Shown here one piece after another: positions 28,165 to 37,691 of a DNA stretch of 64,000 bases. Position numbers and translations under genes: made by a program. Below the pieces are notes generated by a model. That model was not told the origin of the DNA. It searched no databases and saw only the letters and a list, made by a program, of their open reading frames with translations. This DNA comes from Bacillota bacterium (lineage in GTDB: Bacteria; Bacillota; Sulfobacillia; DUSP01; JBFMCS01): the NCBI GenBank assembly GCA_040754315.1, contig JBFMCS010000013.1:5638-69637 (forward strand), given 5' to 3'. Position 1 is the first letter of the stretch, and the number at the start of each line of letters is the position of its first letter.

Positions 28165-28194
28165 TAGTATTCGTCGCGGCCCGAGATTTAATCC
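28165..28194 (-). promoter_or_regulatory. sigmaF/sigmaG-like promoter of spoVA
   Basis: Minus strand GGATTA-N16-GAATACTA, about 30 nt before the first spoVA ORF. Confidence 0.5.
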
Positions 28195-28381
28195 GGCCGG
28201 GGCATGACAGTGGCGGTGTGCCTGGATACGAGGGCTATTAGGCCAGAACCTAGCGCTTTAGTCATGGGGAGTTGGGGGAGGAAGACCTTGGATGAGCATC
28301 GAAACTGGATGAAGGACTAACTAGTTTTCACCCAAGAGGCGTTTTGCCCAGATTAGGCTGGAGGCCGGGGAGGGCCTTGCT

Positions 28382-29218
28382 GTGAAGGATGCAGAGACAC
28401 TCAAGGCACCTGTGAGGCCCAAACCCTTCCTCAAGTGGGCGGGCGGGAAGGGGCAACTACTTTGGCAATTGGAGAAATACTTCCCTGACACCTTCAAGGG
28501 GTATCACGAGCCTTTCCTGGGCGCCGGAGCCGTATTCTTCCACCTCAATCCAGGCGAGGCCTACCTCTCGGACCAGAACGAAGAACTTATTAATGCCTTC
28601 CTCGTGGTCAGAGATCACTTGGAGGAATTGGTGAGGCTCCTTAGACTCCACAAGAACAACCCTGAATACTACTACTTTATGAGGGGATTGGACTCGACCT
28701 CGCTGGGGCCCGTGGAAAGGGCGTCCCGCTTCATCTACCTCAACAAGACTTGCTTCAACGGTCTTTACAGGGTGAACAAGAAGGGACGGTTCAATGTGCC
28801 CTTCGGCCGCTACAAGAACCCCAGGTACGCCGATGTTGATGTACTGGCCGCAGCCAGATCAGCCTTGATCAACACCAGGGCCATCGATGTGGCGGATTTT
28901 GGGATAGTGCTGGGCAGGGCAGCTCCGGGGGATTTTGTCTATTTTGATCCCCCCTACCAGCCCATCAGCGAGACCTCAAGATTCACCAGCTATACTCCCG
29001 GCAGTTTCGACGCCTGCCAGCAAGAACGCCTTGCCCGCGTCTTCGGAGATCTGGACACCCGGGGATGCCGCGTCTTACTGAGCAACTCCGCATCTGAGTT
29101 CATCAGAGACCTTTACAGGGGCTTCAGGGTCGAGACTGTCAAGGCCAAGCGATACATCAATTGCGACAAGAACCGGCGCAGCGATATCGATGAATTGGTG
29201 GTCATGAACTATGACTGA
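28382..29218 (+). CDS. Dam/DpnIIA-family DNA adenine methyltransferase, orphan
   Basis: PFLKWAGGKGQL, YHEPFLGAGAV, FIYLNKTCFNGLYRVN..G.FNVPFG, FVYFDPPY. Confidence 0.93.
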   Translation: MKDAETLKAPVRPKPFLKWAGGKGQLLWQLEKYFPDTFKGYHEPFLGAGAVFFHLNPGEAYLSDQNEELINAFLVVRDHLEELVRLLRLHKNNPEYYYFMRGLDSTSLGPVERASRFIYLNKTCFNGLYRVNKKGRFNVPFGRYKNPRYADVDVLAAARSALINTRAIDVADFGIVLGRAAPGDFVYFDPPYQPISETSRFTSYTPGSFDACQQERLARVFGDLDTRGCRVLLSNSASEFIRDLYRGFRVETVKAKRYINCDKNRRSDIDELVVMNYD

Positions 29219-29634
29219 CACAGGGAAAAGGATCCCAGCTGGCTGCAGACACCACAAGTATGCTGGAGAGTCTAGGACTTCAATACTTGACGGAACAGCG
29301 ATCACACCATGGGAGTATCACAATTGGCAGGCAGCGATGTGTTGACGTGACTGTCGTAGAAAACGCGGGAAAGTGCAAGGCATAAAGCGTGGCTGGCAAA
29401 GTAGAGGAGAATCTCTTCAGGTCATAGAGGAGGCCAGATTGGACCATCAATGATTGCCTTCCCGGGCTATGGCTGGTCTCCTGACCTCGTGAGGCACGCA
29501 TGCTACCCGGCGCCGTCAGCCTTGAATACCTCGATACCTGGCTTTCCCTGTTCTTCCGGTATGAAAGGACGAGGCAGCAAAAGTCCTTCGCCCTAGTCCC
29601 TAATCCTATCCGGCATGAGATAGGCGAGTCCCAC

Positions 29635-30375
29635 CTAGTCTCCCCCTCCCAGGTGAAGCCTGGCATTCTCCAGGGCAGACTTCTCTATCCTGGATACCTG
29701 AGCCTGGGAGATCCTTAGCGCCCGGGCGACCTCCTCTTGGGTCTTGTCCCGCAGGTATCGCAGGACTAGCACGGCCCGCTCCCGAGGCTCCAGCTCTAAG
29801 AGGACCTCCTGGATAGCCACCCCTGTAGCCCAGAGGCTTTCTGACTGCGAGGTATCGTGGACAACGTCCTCTATGCCTGGACTGTCATCCCCGGAGGCCA
29901 GCGAGGCTGGCCGTCTAAGGCCCTCCCACGCGGCCACCAGGTCATGAGGGGATACCCCAAGATCCGTTGCGACCTCCAAGACTGAGGGCTCCCGTCCTAG
30001 GACATTCGCCATCTCCTCCTGGCGCACCCAGGCCCTCCTTGCCATTTCCTTGGCTCCCCTGGGAACCCTAAGGGGTGACTGGTCCCTGATGTGCCGGCGT
30101 ATCTCGCCGATTATCAAGGGCAAGGCGTAGGTGGAAAAGCGGGTCCCGAAGCCCTCATCAAAGCGATCCATGGCCTTCAGAAGACCAATGCAGCCCACCT
30201 GGAACAGGTCCTCAGGTTCGTGGCCCAGCCTGTCAAACCGCCTGACGATACCCCATATGAGCGGGGAGTTCTCTGTAACGAAGCGAGCCCGCGCCTCCTG
30301 GTCTCCCTTCCTTGCCCGGGCAAGGAGGTCCATCTGTTCCCGGTGACCCGGGACAGAGGGTTCAACGCCTGCCAA
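29635..30375 (-). CDS. sigF: Forespore sigma factor SigF
   Basis: EDLFQVGCIGLLKAMDRFD, FSTYALPLIIGEIRR, TQEEVARALRISQAQVSRIEK; follows spoIIAB. Confidence 0.93.
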   Translation of the reverse strand: MAGVEPSVPGHREQMDLLARARKGDQEARARFVTENSPLIWGIVRRFDRLGHEPEDLFQVGCIGLLKAMDRFDEGFGTRFSTYALPLIIGEIRRHIRDQSPLRVPRGAKEMARRAWVRQEEMANVLGREPSVLEVATDLGVSPHDLVAAWEGLRRPASLASGDDSPGIEDVVHDTSQSESLWATGVAIQEVLLELEPRERAVLVLRYLRDKTQEEVARALRISQAQVSRIEKSALENARLHLGGGD

Positions 30376-30383
30376 GGGTTATC

Positions 30384-30821
30384 TCAGGAGGCCTGCTCGC
30401 GGCCGGCCTTCTCAGCCTTGCGCGTCATGGTGACCTGTGTCCCCTGCCCGGGAGTGGAGGACACCTCTACTTGGTCCATGAAGGATTCCATGAACACGAA
30501 TCCCAGGCCCATGCGGCCTGGTTCCGTAGAGAAGGAGGGCTGGCGGGCCTGGGCTATGTCGGCAATGCCACGACCCCTGTCGCGGATCACGACGTGCAGC
30601 AAGCCCTCCTCCAGGCTGGCTGTGACCAGCACGTCTCCCTCACTGCCAGGGTAGGCGTGTAGCACGGCATTGGAGACGGCCTCGGACACTGCTACCTTGA
30701 TCTCTTCGATCTCCGTGAGGGTGAAGTCCCCCTGGGCGGCAAAGGCCGCCAGCGCCACCCTGGCAACCCCCACGTTCTCGGGGAAGGCCCTTATCTCCAG
30801 CCTCATGCGGTTAGGCTCCAA
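30384..30821 (-). CDS. spoIIAB: Anti-sigma F factor kinase
   Basis: ENVGVARVA, EIKVAVSEAVSNAVLHAY, DRGRGIAD, RMGLGFVFMESFMD. Confidence 0.96.
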   Translation of the reverse strand: MEPNRMRLEIRAFPENVGVARVALAAFAAQGDFTLTEIEEIKVAVSEAVSNAVLHAYPGSEGDVLVTASLEEGLLHVVIRDRGRGIADIAQARQPSFSTEPGRMGLGFVFMESFMDQVEVSSTPGQGTQVTMTRKAEKAGREQAS

Positions 30822-31170
30822 TGCCAGCGCCCCCCTTCAGCATATCCAGGGCCTCCCCTTCGGAGGAGGCCACAGGGATTATCCGCTGGATCCCTGAGAT
30901 CTCTAGCATTGGCCTGACCCTGGCCTTGAGCCCTGCCAGGATCATGCGCCCCCGGCACTGGGAGACCCGCCTGTACCGTCCCAGTATCGCTCCGAGGCCT
31001 GAGCTGTCCACAAAGGCTACGGAGGCCATGTTCACAACTAGGTCCCGGGCCTGGCTACTTTGGAGCGCGTGATCTACTTGCCGGCGGAATTCCTCCGCCC
31101 CGTACAGGTCTAGATCACCATCGATCCTGACACAGAGTACCGAATCCACCACTTGCCACCGGATCTTCAA
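30811..31170 (-). CDS. spoIIAA: Anti-sigma F factor antagonist (STAS)
   Basis: GDLDLYGAEEFR, FVDSSGLGAILGRYR. Confidence 0.95.
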   Translation of the reverse strand: MKIRWQVVDSVLCVRIDGDLDLYGAEEFRRQVDHALQSSQARDLVVNMASVAFVDSSGLGAILGRYRRVSQCRGRMILAGLKARVRPMLEISGIQRIIPVASSEGEALDMLKGGAGIGA

Positions 31171-31203
31171 GACATCTCCCCCCTGGGGTTTTCCTGTTAG
31201 GGG

Positions 31204-31228
31204 GTTCGACGCCCTCCAGGTAATTCCT
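31204..31228 (-). promoter_or_regulatory. sigmaH promoter of spoIIA
   Basis: Minus strand gcAGGAatt...gtcGAAC, AGGA-N17-GAAC. Confidence 0.65.
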
Positions 31229-31239
31229 GCCGTCCCATG

Positions 31240-33381
31240 TTATTCCAACGTTACCAGGGCATCCACAGCCAGGACGCCCTTACCCTCTTCCAGCACCACC
31301 AGGGGGTTCACGTCTATCTCGAGAATCCCCGGGCACGCCGCAGCCTGGGACACAGCCTGCACAGCGTGGAACAGCGCGGTCTTGTCGCCCGGTGTCATGC
31401 CCCTGAGCCCGTTCAACACCGCCATTGATTTCACCTCTTCCACCATCTCCTGAGCCTCCTCAGGCAGCAACGGGGCCAGCCGGAAGGAGGCATCGTTCCA
31501 GATCTCCGCCAGGAGCCCTCCAAGGCCTACCATGACAACCGGGCCGAACACGACCTCCCTGATGCCGCCTAGGATAACCTCTGCAACCCCTTTGACCATT
31601 GACTGTACCAGAACACCGTGGATGCTGGCGCCGGGCACCCGGGAGCCAGCCTCCAGCACCTGGCCCACGGCTTCAGACAGGTCCTCGTCACCGGCGATGT
31701 TCAACCGGACACAGCCAGCGTCGCTCTTGTGAGGTATGCCGGGGGATACCACTTTCACTGCCACTGGATAACCTACCCGTCTTGCCACGGCCAGGGCCTC
31801 CTCGGCCGTCTTGGCCACTCCCCAGGGCGCCACTGGAACCCCGTAGGATTCTAGTAACCTGGCGGACTCAGGCTCGGTGAGGGCACGCCTGCCGGCGCAC
31901 CGGGCCGAGTCTATCACCGCCTGGGCGGCCCCTGGGACCGGGGCGGTGGGGGGCCTTTCCCTCATGGCGCCCGAACGGGTCGCCACCCGCCTGCACATGT
32001 TCAAGAAGGTTTTGCCTGCCCGCTCTGGGTTATTGAATGTGGGTATCCCGCTCTCCTCCAGGATCCTCCTGCCCTCACGCACCCACTTGCCCACCATGAG
32101 GGTAGGGAGGAACGGTTTCTTCAAGGGCAGTTCCATCTCGCGGAGGATGAAGTTGACCACCTCCTCAGCTCCCATGTGAGCTGTGGGGAAGTAGAGGAAG
32201 ACGGTGCCGCCCACACCCTCATCCGCCATGAGGAGATTCACGGCCTGGCCAAACTGCCTGGCTGTGGCGGAGGCGGTCATGTCGGTATGCCCCTCCGGCC
32301 TGCACACAGCGGCGATGGGTGGGAGCATGGACCTGAGGGCATCCTTGGTGTCAGGGGAGACCGTGGCCATTCCCATCCCCTCCCAGGAAGAGAAGAAGTC
32401 CACTGAGTAGACACCAGGCCCCCCAGCATGAGTTAGAACGAACACACGGTCATTGGGTGGGTCAGGCAGGCGGTCGAAGGCCCTCAGGCTGTCCAGGAGA
32501 TCCTCCACGGTCTGAACCCTTACCACACCGTGCTGCCGGAAGGCACTGTCCCAGATCCTGTCCTGCCCTGCCATGGCGCCGGTATGGGATCGCGCCGCCT
32601 CTACCCCCTGGAGCGTGCGCCCAGTCTTCAAGACAAGTACGGTTTTCTCCCTGGCCACCTTGCCCATGGTTTCCACCAGGCCCCTCCCGTCCCTGACGCC
32701 CTCGAGGTACATCCCTATTACCCGGGTGCTCTCATCCTCCTTGAGGTACTCCAGGACCTCTCTCACATCAACGTCGGCGGTGTTCCCTAGGCTCACGAAC
32801 TTGCTAAAACCCACCGGCGCGGCGTGGGTGGACCATGATTGCACCAGCCAGGCACCTATAGCCCCGCTCTGGCTTATTACGCTTATGCCGCCCTGCTGGT
32901 AGTCCGTACCCAGGAGGAAAGTAGTATCCACACCATTAAGGGTGTCTATCACCCCGATGCAGTTCGGGCCCATCAGCCTCACTGAGACCTCCCGGCATGC
33001 CCTTGCCAATGCCTCCTGACGGGCGACACCTTCGAGGGTGCCCTCCTCGGCAAACCCCGCGGTGGTGCAAACCACACCTCCCAGGTCCCCCCGTGTCCTG
33101 GCCCTCTGCTGCATGTCTACCACGAAGGAATCCAGCACGCGCAAGGGAGCACACATGACTGCCAGCTCAACTGGGCCTGGAATGGAACTGATGTCCGGGT
33201 AGCACTCAAGTCCCATGATCTCCCGCTCTCCAGGGTTTACCGCAAACAGGCTCCCCCGGTAGCCTGCCTGCATCATGGCCTTCAGTACCTGGTGGCCGGG
33301 TTTGGACGGGTCACGGGATGCGCCCACCACAGCGCAGCCCTCTGGGTTGAAGAAACACTCCAAGGCAGGCTTGACTTTCAC
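31240..33381 (-). CDS. ADP-forming acyl-CoA synthetase (acetate--CoA ligase family, fused alpha/beta)
   Basis: AVVGASRDPSKPG, MGPNCIG, SQSGAIG, SLGNTADV, LKTGRT..G..AARSHTGAMAG (phospho-His), ATP-grasp HKSDAGCVRL, EIDVNPL; GTG at 33381. Confidence 0.93.
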   Translation of the reverse strand: MKVKPALECFFNPEGCAVVGASRDPSKPGHQVLKAMMQAGYRGSLFAVNPGEREIMGLECYPDISSIPGPVELAVMCAPLRVLDSFVVDMQQRARTRGDLGGVVCTTAGFAEEGTLEGVARQEALARACREVSVRLMGPNCIGVIDTLNGVDTTFLLGTDYQQGGISVISQSGAIGAWLVQSWSTHAAPVGFSKFVSLGNTADVDVREVLEYLKEDESTRVIGMYLEGVRDGRGLVETMGKVAREKTVLVLKTGRTLQGVEAARSHTGAMAGQDRIWDSAFRQHGVVRVQTVEDLLDSLRAFDRLPDPPNDRVFVLTHAGGPGVYSVDFFSSWEGMGMATVSPDTKDALRSMLPPIAAVCRPEGHTDMTASATARQFGQAVNLLMADEGVGGTVFLYFPTAHMGAEEVVNFILREMELPLKKPFLPTLMVGKWVREGRRILEESGIPTFNNPERAGKTFLNMCRRVATRSGAMRERPPTAPVPGAAQAVIDSARCAGRRALTEPESARLLESYGVPVAPWGVAKTAEEALAVARRVGYPVAVKVVSPGIPHKSDAGCVRLNIAGDEDLSEAVGQVLEAGSRVPGASIHGVLVQSMVKGVAEVILGGIREVVFGPVVMVGLGGLLAEIWNDASFRLAPLLPEEAQEMVEEVKSMAVLNGLRGMTPGDKTALFHAVQAVSQAAACPGILEIDVNPLVVLEEGKGVLAVDALVTLE

Positions 33382-33490
33382 ATTCGATCCCCTTCCCCAG
33401 CAAAGAATGACCGAGCCAAGGGCAATGTATTCTTTGCCAAGGCCCGGTGTTCCTTCTGGAGCAACCAAGTTTTGCTGTATGGAAGTCTGC

Positions 33491-34642
33491 TTACGGAAAC
33501 GCCCAGAGCCCCTGCAGGTACCTCCACGCCAGGGGAAACAGTGTGACCCTGGGCACATCCTCGGCTGCCACCAGTGTTACCCGGGCCTCATCCTGCCCCT
33601 CCACGCTGATGACAAGCTCACCCAAGGGCTCACCCCTCTTCAGAGGGGCCAGGACTGAGCCAGGCACCTCCACCCGCTGTTCAATGGTGACGTCCCTCCC
33701 CTTGGGGAGGGTGAGGGCGAGATCCTCTCCGGCCAGGGCATCCACCTCTTCTGAGACACCCAGCCACACCTTGACCCTGCGTATGGCATCACCCTCGCTT
33801 GCCACGGGGTGGGCCTGGAAGTGAGCGAAGCCGTAGTTGAGCAGGGTCCGGGTATCCTGGAAGCGCATGTCCGAGGTGTCCGCCCCCAGTACCACACTGA
33901 CAAGACGCAGGTTATCCCGCTTGGCCGTGGCGGCCAGGCAGTACTTGGCTAGGGATGTATGGCCTGTCTTCAGGCCATCGGCCCCGTCGTAGAAGATTAC
34001 CAGGCGGTTCCGGTTTACCAGCCACGTGGCACCGTCTCGCAGGTATTCCTCATAGATGCGGGTCATCTCCAGGAGCCCCGGAAAGGTCGTGGCGTAGCGG
34101 CAGAGTATTGCCGTGTCCCTTGCCGTGGTGTAGTGGCCCTCTTCGTCTAGGCCGTGGGGATTTCTGAACAGGGTGTTCTCCATGTCCAGCGCCCGGGCCT
34201 TCTCATTCAGCATGTGGACAAAGGCCTCCTCACTGCCCCCCAGGTATTCCGCCACGGCCACGCTGGCATCATTGCCTGATGCCACGGCGATCCCCAGGAG
34301 GAGGTCCCTGAGGGGAATCCGCTCTCCTACCTCGAGGAAGATGGTCGTGCCGCCATAGGAGGCAGCCCCGGGGCTCACCACCACCATGTCATCCAGGGAG
34401 GCCCTGCCCTCTTTGATGGCCTCAAATGCCAGGGCCAGGGTCATGATCTTGGTGAGGCTTGCCGGCGCCCGGGGCTCATCGGGGTTGTGGGCGACAAGGA
34501 ACTGCCCGCTCCCGGCATCCATTAGCACTGCGGAGGGGGAATCAAGTTCCATGCCCTCGGGGAGCCCCGGCCCGGCGTTGACAGGCAGAGTCAGGGCCAC
34601 AAGGAGCATCACAGCGATAGCGATCTTCGCCAAAGGAATCAC
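33491..34642 (-). CDS. dacF: D-alanyl-D-alanine carboxypeptidase DacF
   Basis: PASLTKIMT (SxxK), SGNDAS (SxN), LKTG, PBP5 C-terminal domain; position upstream of spoIIA. Confidence 0.93.
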   Translation of the reverse strand: MIPLAKIAIAVMLLVALTLPVNAGPGLPEGMELDSPSAVLMDAGSGQFLVAHNPDEPRAPASLTKIMTLALAFEAIKEGRASLDDMVVVSPGAASYGGTTIFLEVGERIPLRDLLLGIAVASGNDASVAVAEYLGGSEEAFVHMLNEKARALDMENTLFRNPHGLDEEGHYTTARDTAILCRYATTFPGLLEMTRIYEEYLRDGATWLVNRNRLVIFYDGADGLKTGHTSLAKYCLAATAKRDNLRLVSVVLGADTSDMRFQDTRTLLNYGFAHFQAHPVASEGDAIRRVKVWLGVSEEVDALAGEDLALTLPKGRDVTIEQRVEVPGSVLAPLKRGEPLGELVISVEGQDEARVTLVAAEDVPRVTLFPLAWRYLQGLWAFP

Positions 34643-34674
34643 CCCCGGCTATCTTGCCCGGGGGCCGAGGGGTA

Positions 34675-35970
34675 TTATGCGGGGACACAGCCCAAGAGGA
34701 GCGGCGGTGGGTCTACTGTCTCCTCCGAAAACGCAAAGGCATCGCCAAGCCGGGCCAGGGCCTCAGCAAGGCCGTGCCCCTGCCTGTGGTGTACTAGGCA
34801 AAGCCCTTCTCCCTCGCCTACCCTGTCCCCTATCTTCCTCAACAGGACCACCCCTACAGCGGGGTCCACGGGCTGGTCCTTCTGGGTGCGCCCCGCGCCA
34901 AGGAGCATGGCGGCTTCTCCCACCGCCCGGGCGCCTATTGACTTGACAAACCCGGAGACAGGGCTCTTCATCTCCACCACCGCCCCCGCCCTGGGGAGAT
35001 AAGACCCTGTCTCTCCCGTTCCCAGGGTCCCCCCCTGGGCGTGTACCATCTGCCGGAACCTGTCCAGGCCCTGGCCATTGTAGAGTGCATCCTCCAGGGA
35101 GCCCCGTGCCTTGGTGGGTTCCCACCCGGCCAGCCCCAGCATCCTCACGCCCAGGTCCAGGCAGACGGCCTCCAGGTCCTGGGGCCCCCGGCCTGCCAGG
35201 CATTCCAAGGCCTCCTTGACCTCCAAGGCATTACCCACGGCCCTGCCCAGGGGCTGCTCCATACCGCTGACAACCGCGCTGGAGCGGAGACCAGTCCTGG
35301 TGGAAACCTCCACCATGGTCCTGGCCAGGGAAAAAGCACCCTCTAAATCCCTGGCGAAGGCTCCATCCCCTGCCTTGATGTCAAATACCACCCCGGCTGC
35401 TCCAGTGGCAAGCTTCTTGGATACCACTGAGGAGACTATCAGCGGGATGCTGTCCACGGTGGCTGTAACATCCCGGAGCGCGTACATCCGCCCGTCAGCG
35501 GGGGCCATATCCTGGCTCTGGGCCAGGATAGCAAAGCCCACCCGGTCAAGGATCCTGAGGAACCCCTGCCGGTCCATGCCCGGCCTGAAACCGGGTATGG
35601 ACTCCAGCTTGTCTATGGTGCCCCCGGTATGGCCCAGCCCCCTGCCAGACATCTTGCCCACCGGGACTCCGCAGGCGGCAACCAAGGCACCCACCACCAG
35701 GGTGGCCTTGTCCCCCACACCCCCTGTGCTGTGTTTGTCCAGGAAGAAGGGCATCCCTTGGGGGAGCGGCCCCCCCGATGTGGCCATCCGTAAGGTGAGC
35801 TCCAGGGTCTCCTCCAGGTTCAACCCCCTGAGGTACGTGGCCATAAGGAAGGCGGCTGCCTGGCAGTCGGGAATGATGCCAGAGGTTATGCCCTCCACAA
35901 CAAAGGCTATCTCCCCTGGCCCAAGCTCCAGCCCATCCCGCTTCTTCGCTATTATGTCAACGGCTCTCAA
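34675..35970 (-). CDS. pdp: Pyrimidine-nucleoside/thymidine phosphorylase
   Basis: DKHSTGGVGDK, KMSGRGLGHTGGTIDKLESIPGF, YALRDVTATV; TTG at 35970 overlaps the deoB stop. Confidence 0.95.
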   Translation of the reverse strand: MRAVDIIAKKRDGLELGPGEIAFVVEGITSGIIPDCQAAAFLMATYLRGLNLEETLELTLRMATSGGPLPQGMPFFLDKHSTGGVGDKATLVVGALVAACGVPVGKMSGRGLGHTGGTIDKLESIPGFRPGMDRQGFLRILDRVGFAILAQSQDMAPADGRMYALRDVTATVDSIPLIVSSVVSKKLATGAAGVVFDIKAGDGAFARDLEGAFSLARTMVEVSTRTGLRSSAVVSGMEQPLGRAVGNALEVKEALECLAGRGPQDLEAVCLDLGVRMLGLAGWEPTKARGSLEDALYNGQGLDRFRQMVHAQGGTLGTGETGSYLPRAGAVVEMKSPVSGFVKSIGARAVGEAAMLLGAGRTQKDQPVDPAVGVVLLRKIGDRVGEGEGLCLVHHRQGHGLAEALARLGDAFAFSEETVDPPPLLLGCVPA

Positions 35971-37148
35971 GTGTCCCCCTCCCCCTCCAGATCCCCCAGA
36001 AAGCCCTGGCCTGGCCCCTCCCAGGGAACCCCCAAGGCCTGGCAGGCAAAGGCTCCGAGGTCCGCCAGGGTGGCTCTGGTCCCGAGGTCTGCCTCCCTCT
36101 TGCCCCCCCTGGCCAGGATGGGGACGTACTCCCTGGTATGGTCGGTCCCGGGAAAGGTGGGGTCGCACCCGTGGTCAGCAGTGACTGCCAGGTAGTCTCC
36201 GGGCCTTAATGCCTTGAGGAGGCGCTCCAGCCCCTGGTCAAACTCACGGAGGGCCCCCCAGTAGCCTTCGACATCGTTCCTGTGTCCATAGAGCATGTCA
36301 AAATCGATGAGGTTGGCAAAACAGAACCCCAGCCCGTTCTGGGCGAAGTCCTCCAATGCCCGGATGCCCTCGAGGTTTGACCGGGTGGGTACACTCCTGG
36401 AGATGCCCCGCATGGCAAAGAGGTCCCCGATCTTGCCAATGCCTGTCACAGCAATACCAGAATCCACCAGGCGATCCAGGACCGTCTCGTGAGGGGGCGC
36501 CGCGGGAAAGTCCTTGCGCCTCACGGTTCTGCGGTAGTTGCCGCTTGTCCCTGTAAAGGGCCGGGCTATGACCCTTCCCACAGCATGAGGACCAGTGAGG
36601 GCATCCCGCATGGCCCGGCACAGTCCCCACAGGGCCTCCGGGGGTAAGACGGACTCGTGCGCGGCTACCTGGAACACGCTGTCGGCGGAGGTATAGACGA
36701 TGAGGCGGCCCGTAAGCACGTGAAGGTCCCCCAGTTCCTGTATGATCTCAGTGCCCGAGGCTACCTTGTTTCCCAAGGCTGGCTTCCCGGCTGTTCTGGC
36801 AAAGGTCTCCATCACCTCTAGGGGAAACCCCTGGGGATAGGTGGGGAATGGCCTCTCCAGTATGATCCCCATCATCTCCCAGTGCCCGGTAATGGTGTCC
36901 TTGCCGGGCGAGGCCACGGCACACCTGCCCCAGCCCCCTGGGGACCTGAAGGCCTCCGGTGACACACCAGGGAGCGAAAGGACCCTGCCCAGTCCCATAG
37001 CTGCCAGGTTGGGAAGGTCAAGGCTTCCCACACGCAGGGCGAGATTCCCCAGGGTATTCGCACCGGAATCACCGTAGGAGGCAGCGTCGGGCATCTCCCC
37101 CACACCGGCGCTGTCCAGAACAACCATGATTACCCGGCGAACCTTCAT
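35967..37148 (-). CDS. deoB: Phosphopentomutase
   Basis: VLDSAGVG, GKDTITGHWE, YTSADSVFQVAAHE, NLIDFDMLYGHRND, TADHGCDPT. Confidence 0.97.
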   Translation of the reverse strand: MKVRRVIMVVLDSAGVGEMPDAASYGDSGANTLGNLALRVGSLDLPNLAAMGLGRVLSLPGVSPEAFRSPGGWGRCAVASPGKDTITGHWEMMGIILERPFPTYPQGFPLEVMETFARTAGKPALGNKVASGTEIIQELGDLHVLTGRLIVYTSADSVFQVAAHESVLPPEALWGLCRAMRDALTGPHAVGRVIARPFTGTSGNYRRTVRRKDFPAAPPHETVLDRLVDSGIAVTGIGKIGDLFAMRGISRSVPTRSNLEGIRALEDFAQNGLGFCFANLIDFDMLYGHRNDVEGYWGALREFDQGLERLLKALRPGDYLAVTADHGCDPTFPGTDHTREYVPILARGGKREADLGTRATLADLGAFACQALGVPWEGPGQGFLGDLEGEGDT

Positions 37149-37691
37149 CCTCAGCTGCTCCTCCTGACCAGGCTCCTGCTATGTGTGTTCTCATGCCCCA
37201 TTACAGGGGGAGGCCCAATATGCGGCAAGCCTTGAGAGCATCGCTCTACCTCGAACTTCCCAGTGCTGGATGCAAAGGGCCGGGGCGGGGATGGCAAGGC
37301 AGAGAGAACGATCAGTGCGCCTCTTCCATCCTGCTTACCGCAACAGTGCCGTTGTGACTACCGGCAGGCACCCTAGGAGCCCCTCGTGGCTGGGCACCTA
37401 GCGCATTGTGATGACGGCATCCCGGTGCCGTCTTGGCCCGAAGCCCTAGCCTGGCCCGTGGTTTGCCTAAGGACTCCCCACATTGGGGAGGCTGGGGTCA
37501 AGACCAGGCTCGTGGGGGATATATCGCACATGGAAGCAGAGGGCCCACACCTGTATGGCTCCAGTGTCCGTCCACGCCTCCAATGCCCCTAGGGCCTTCA
37601 ATGCCCTGCTCCCACCTCTTTACAGGCGGGTGCCAGATGCGATACGCTATAATGCAACCGGTTCTGGGCTTCACCCAGTCCCGAGAACGGG

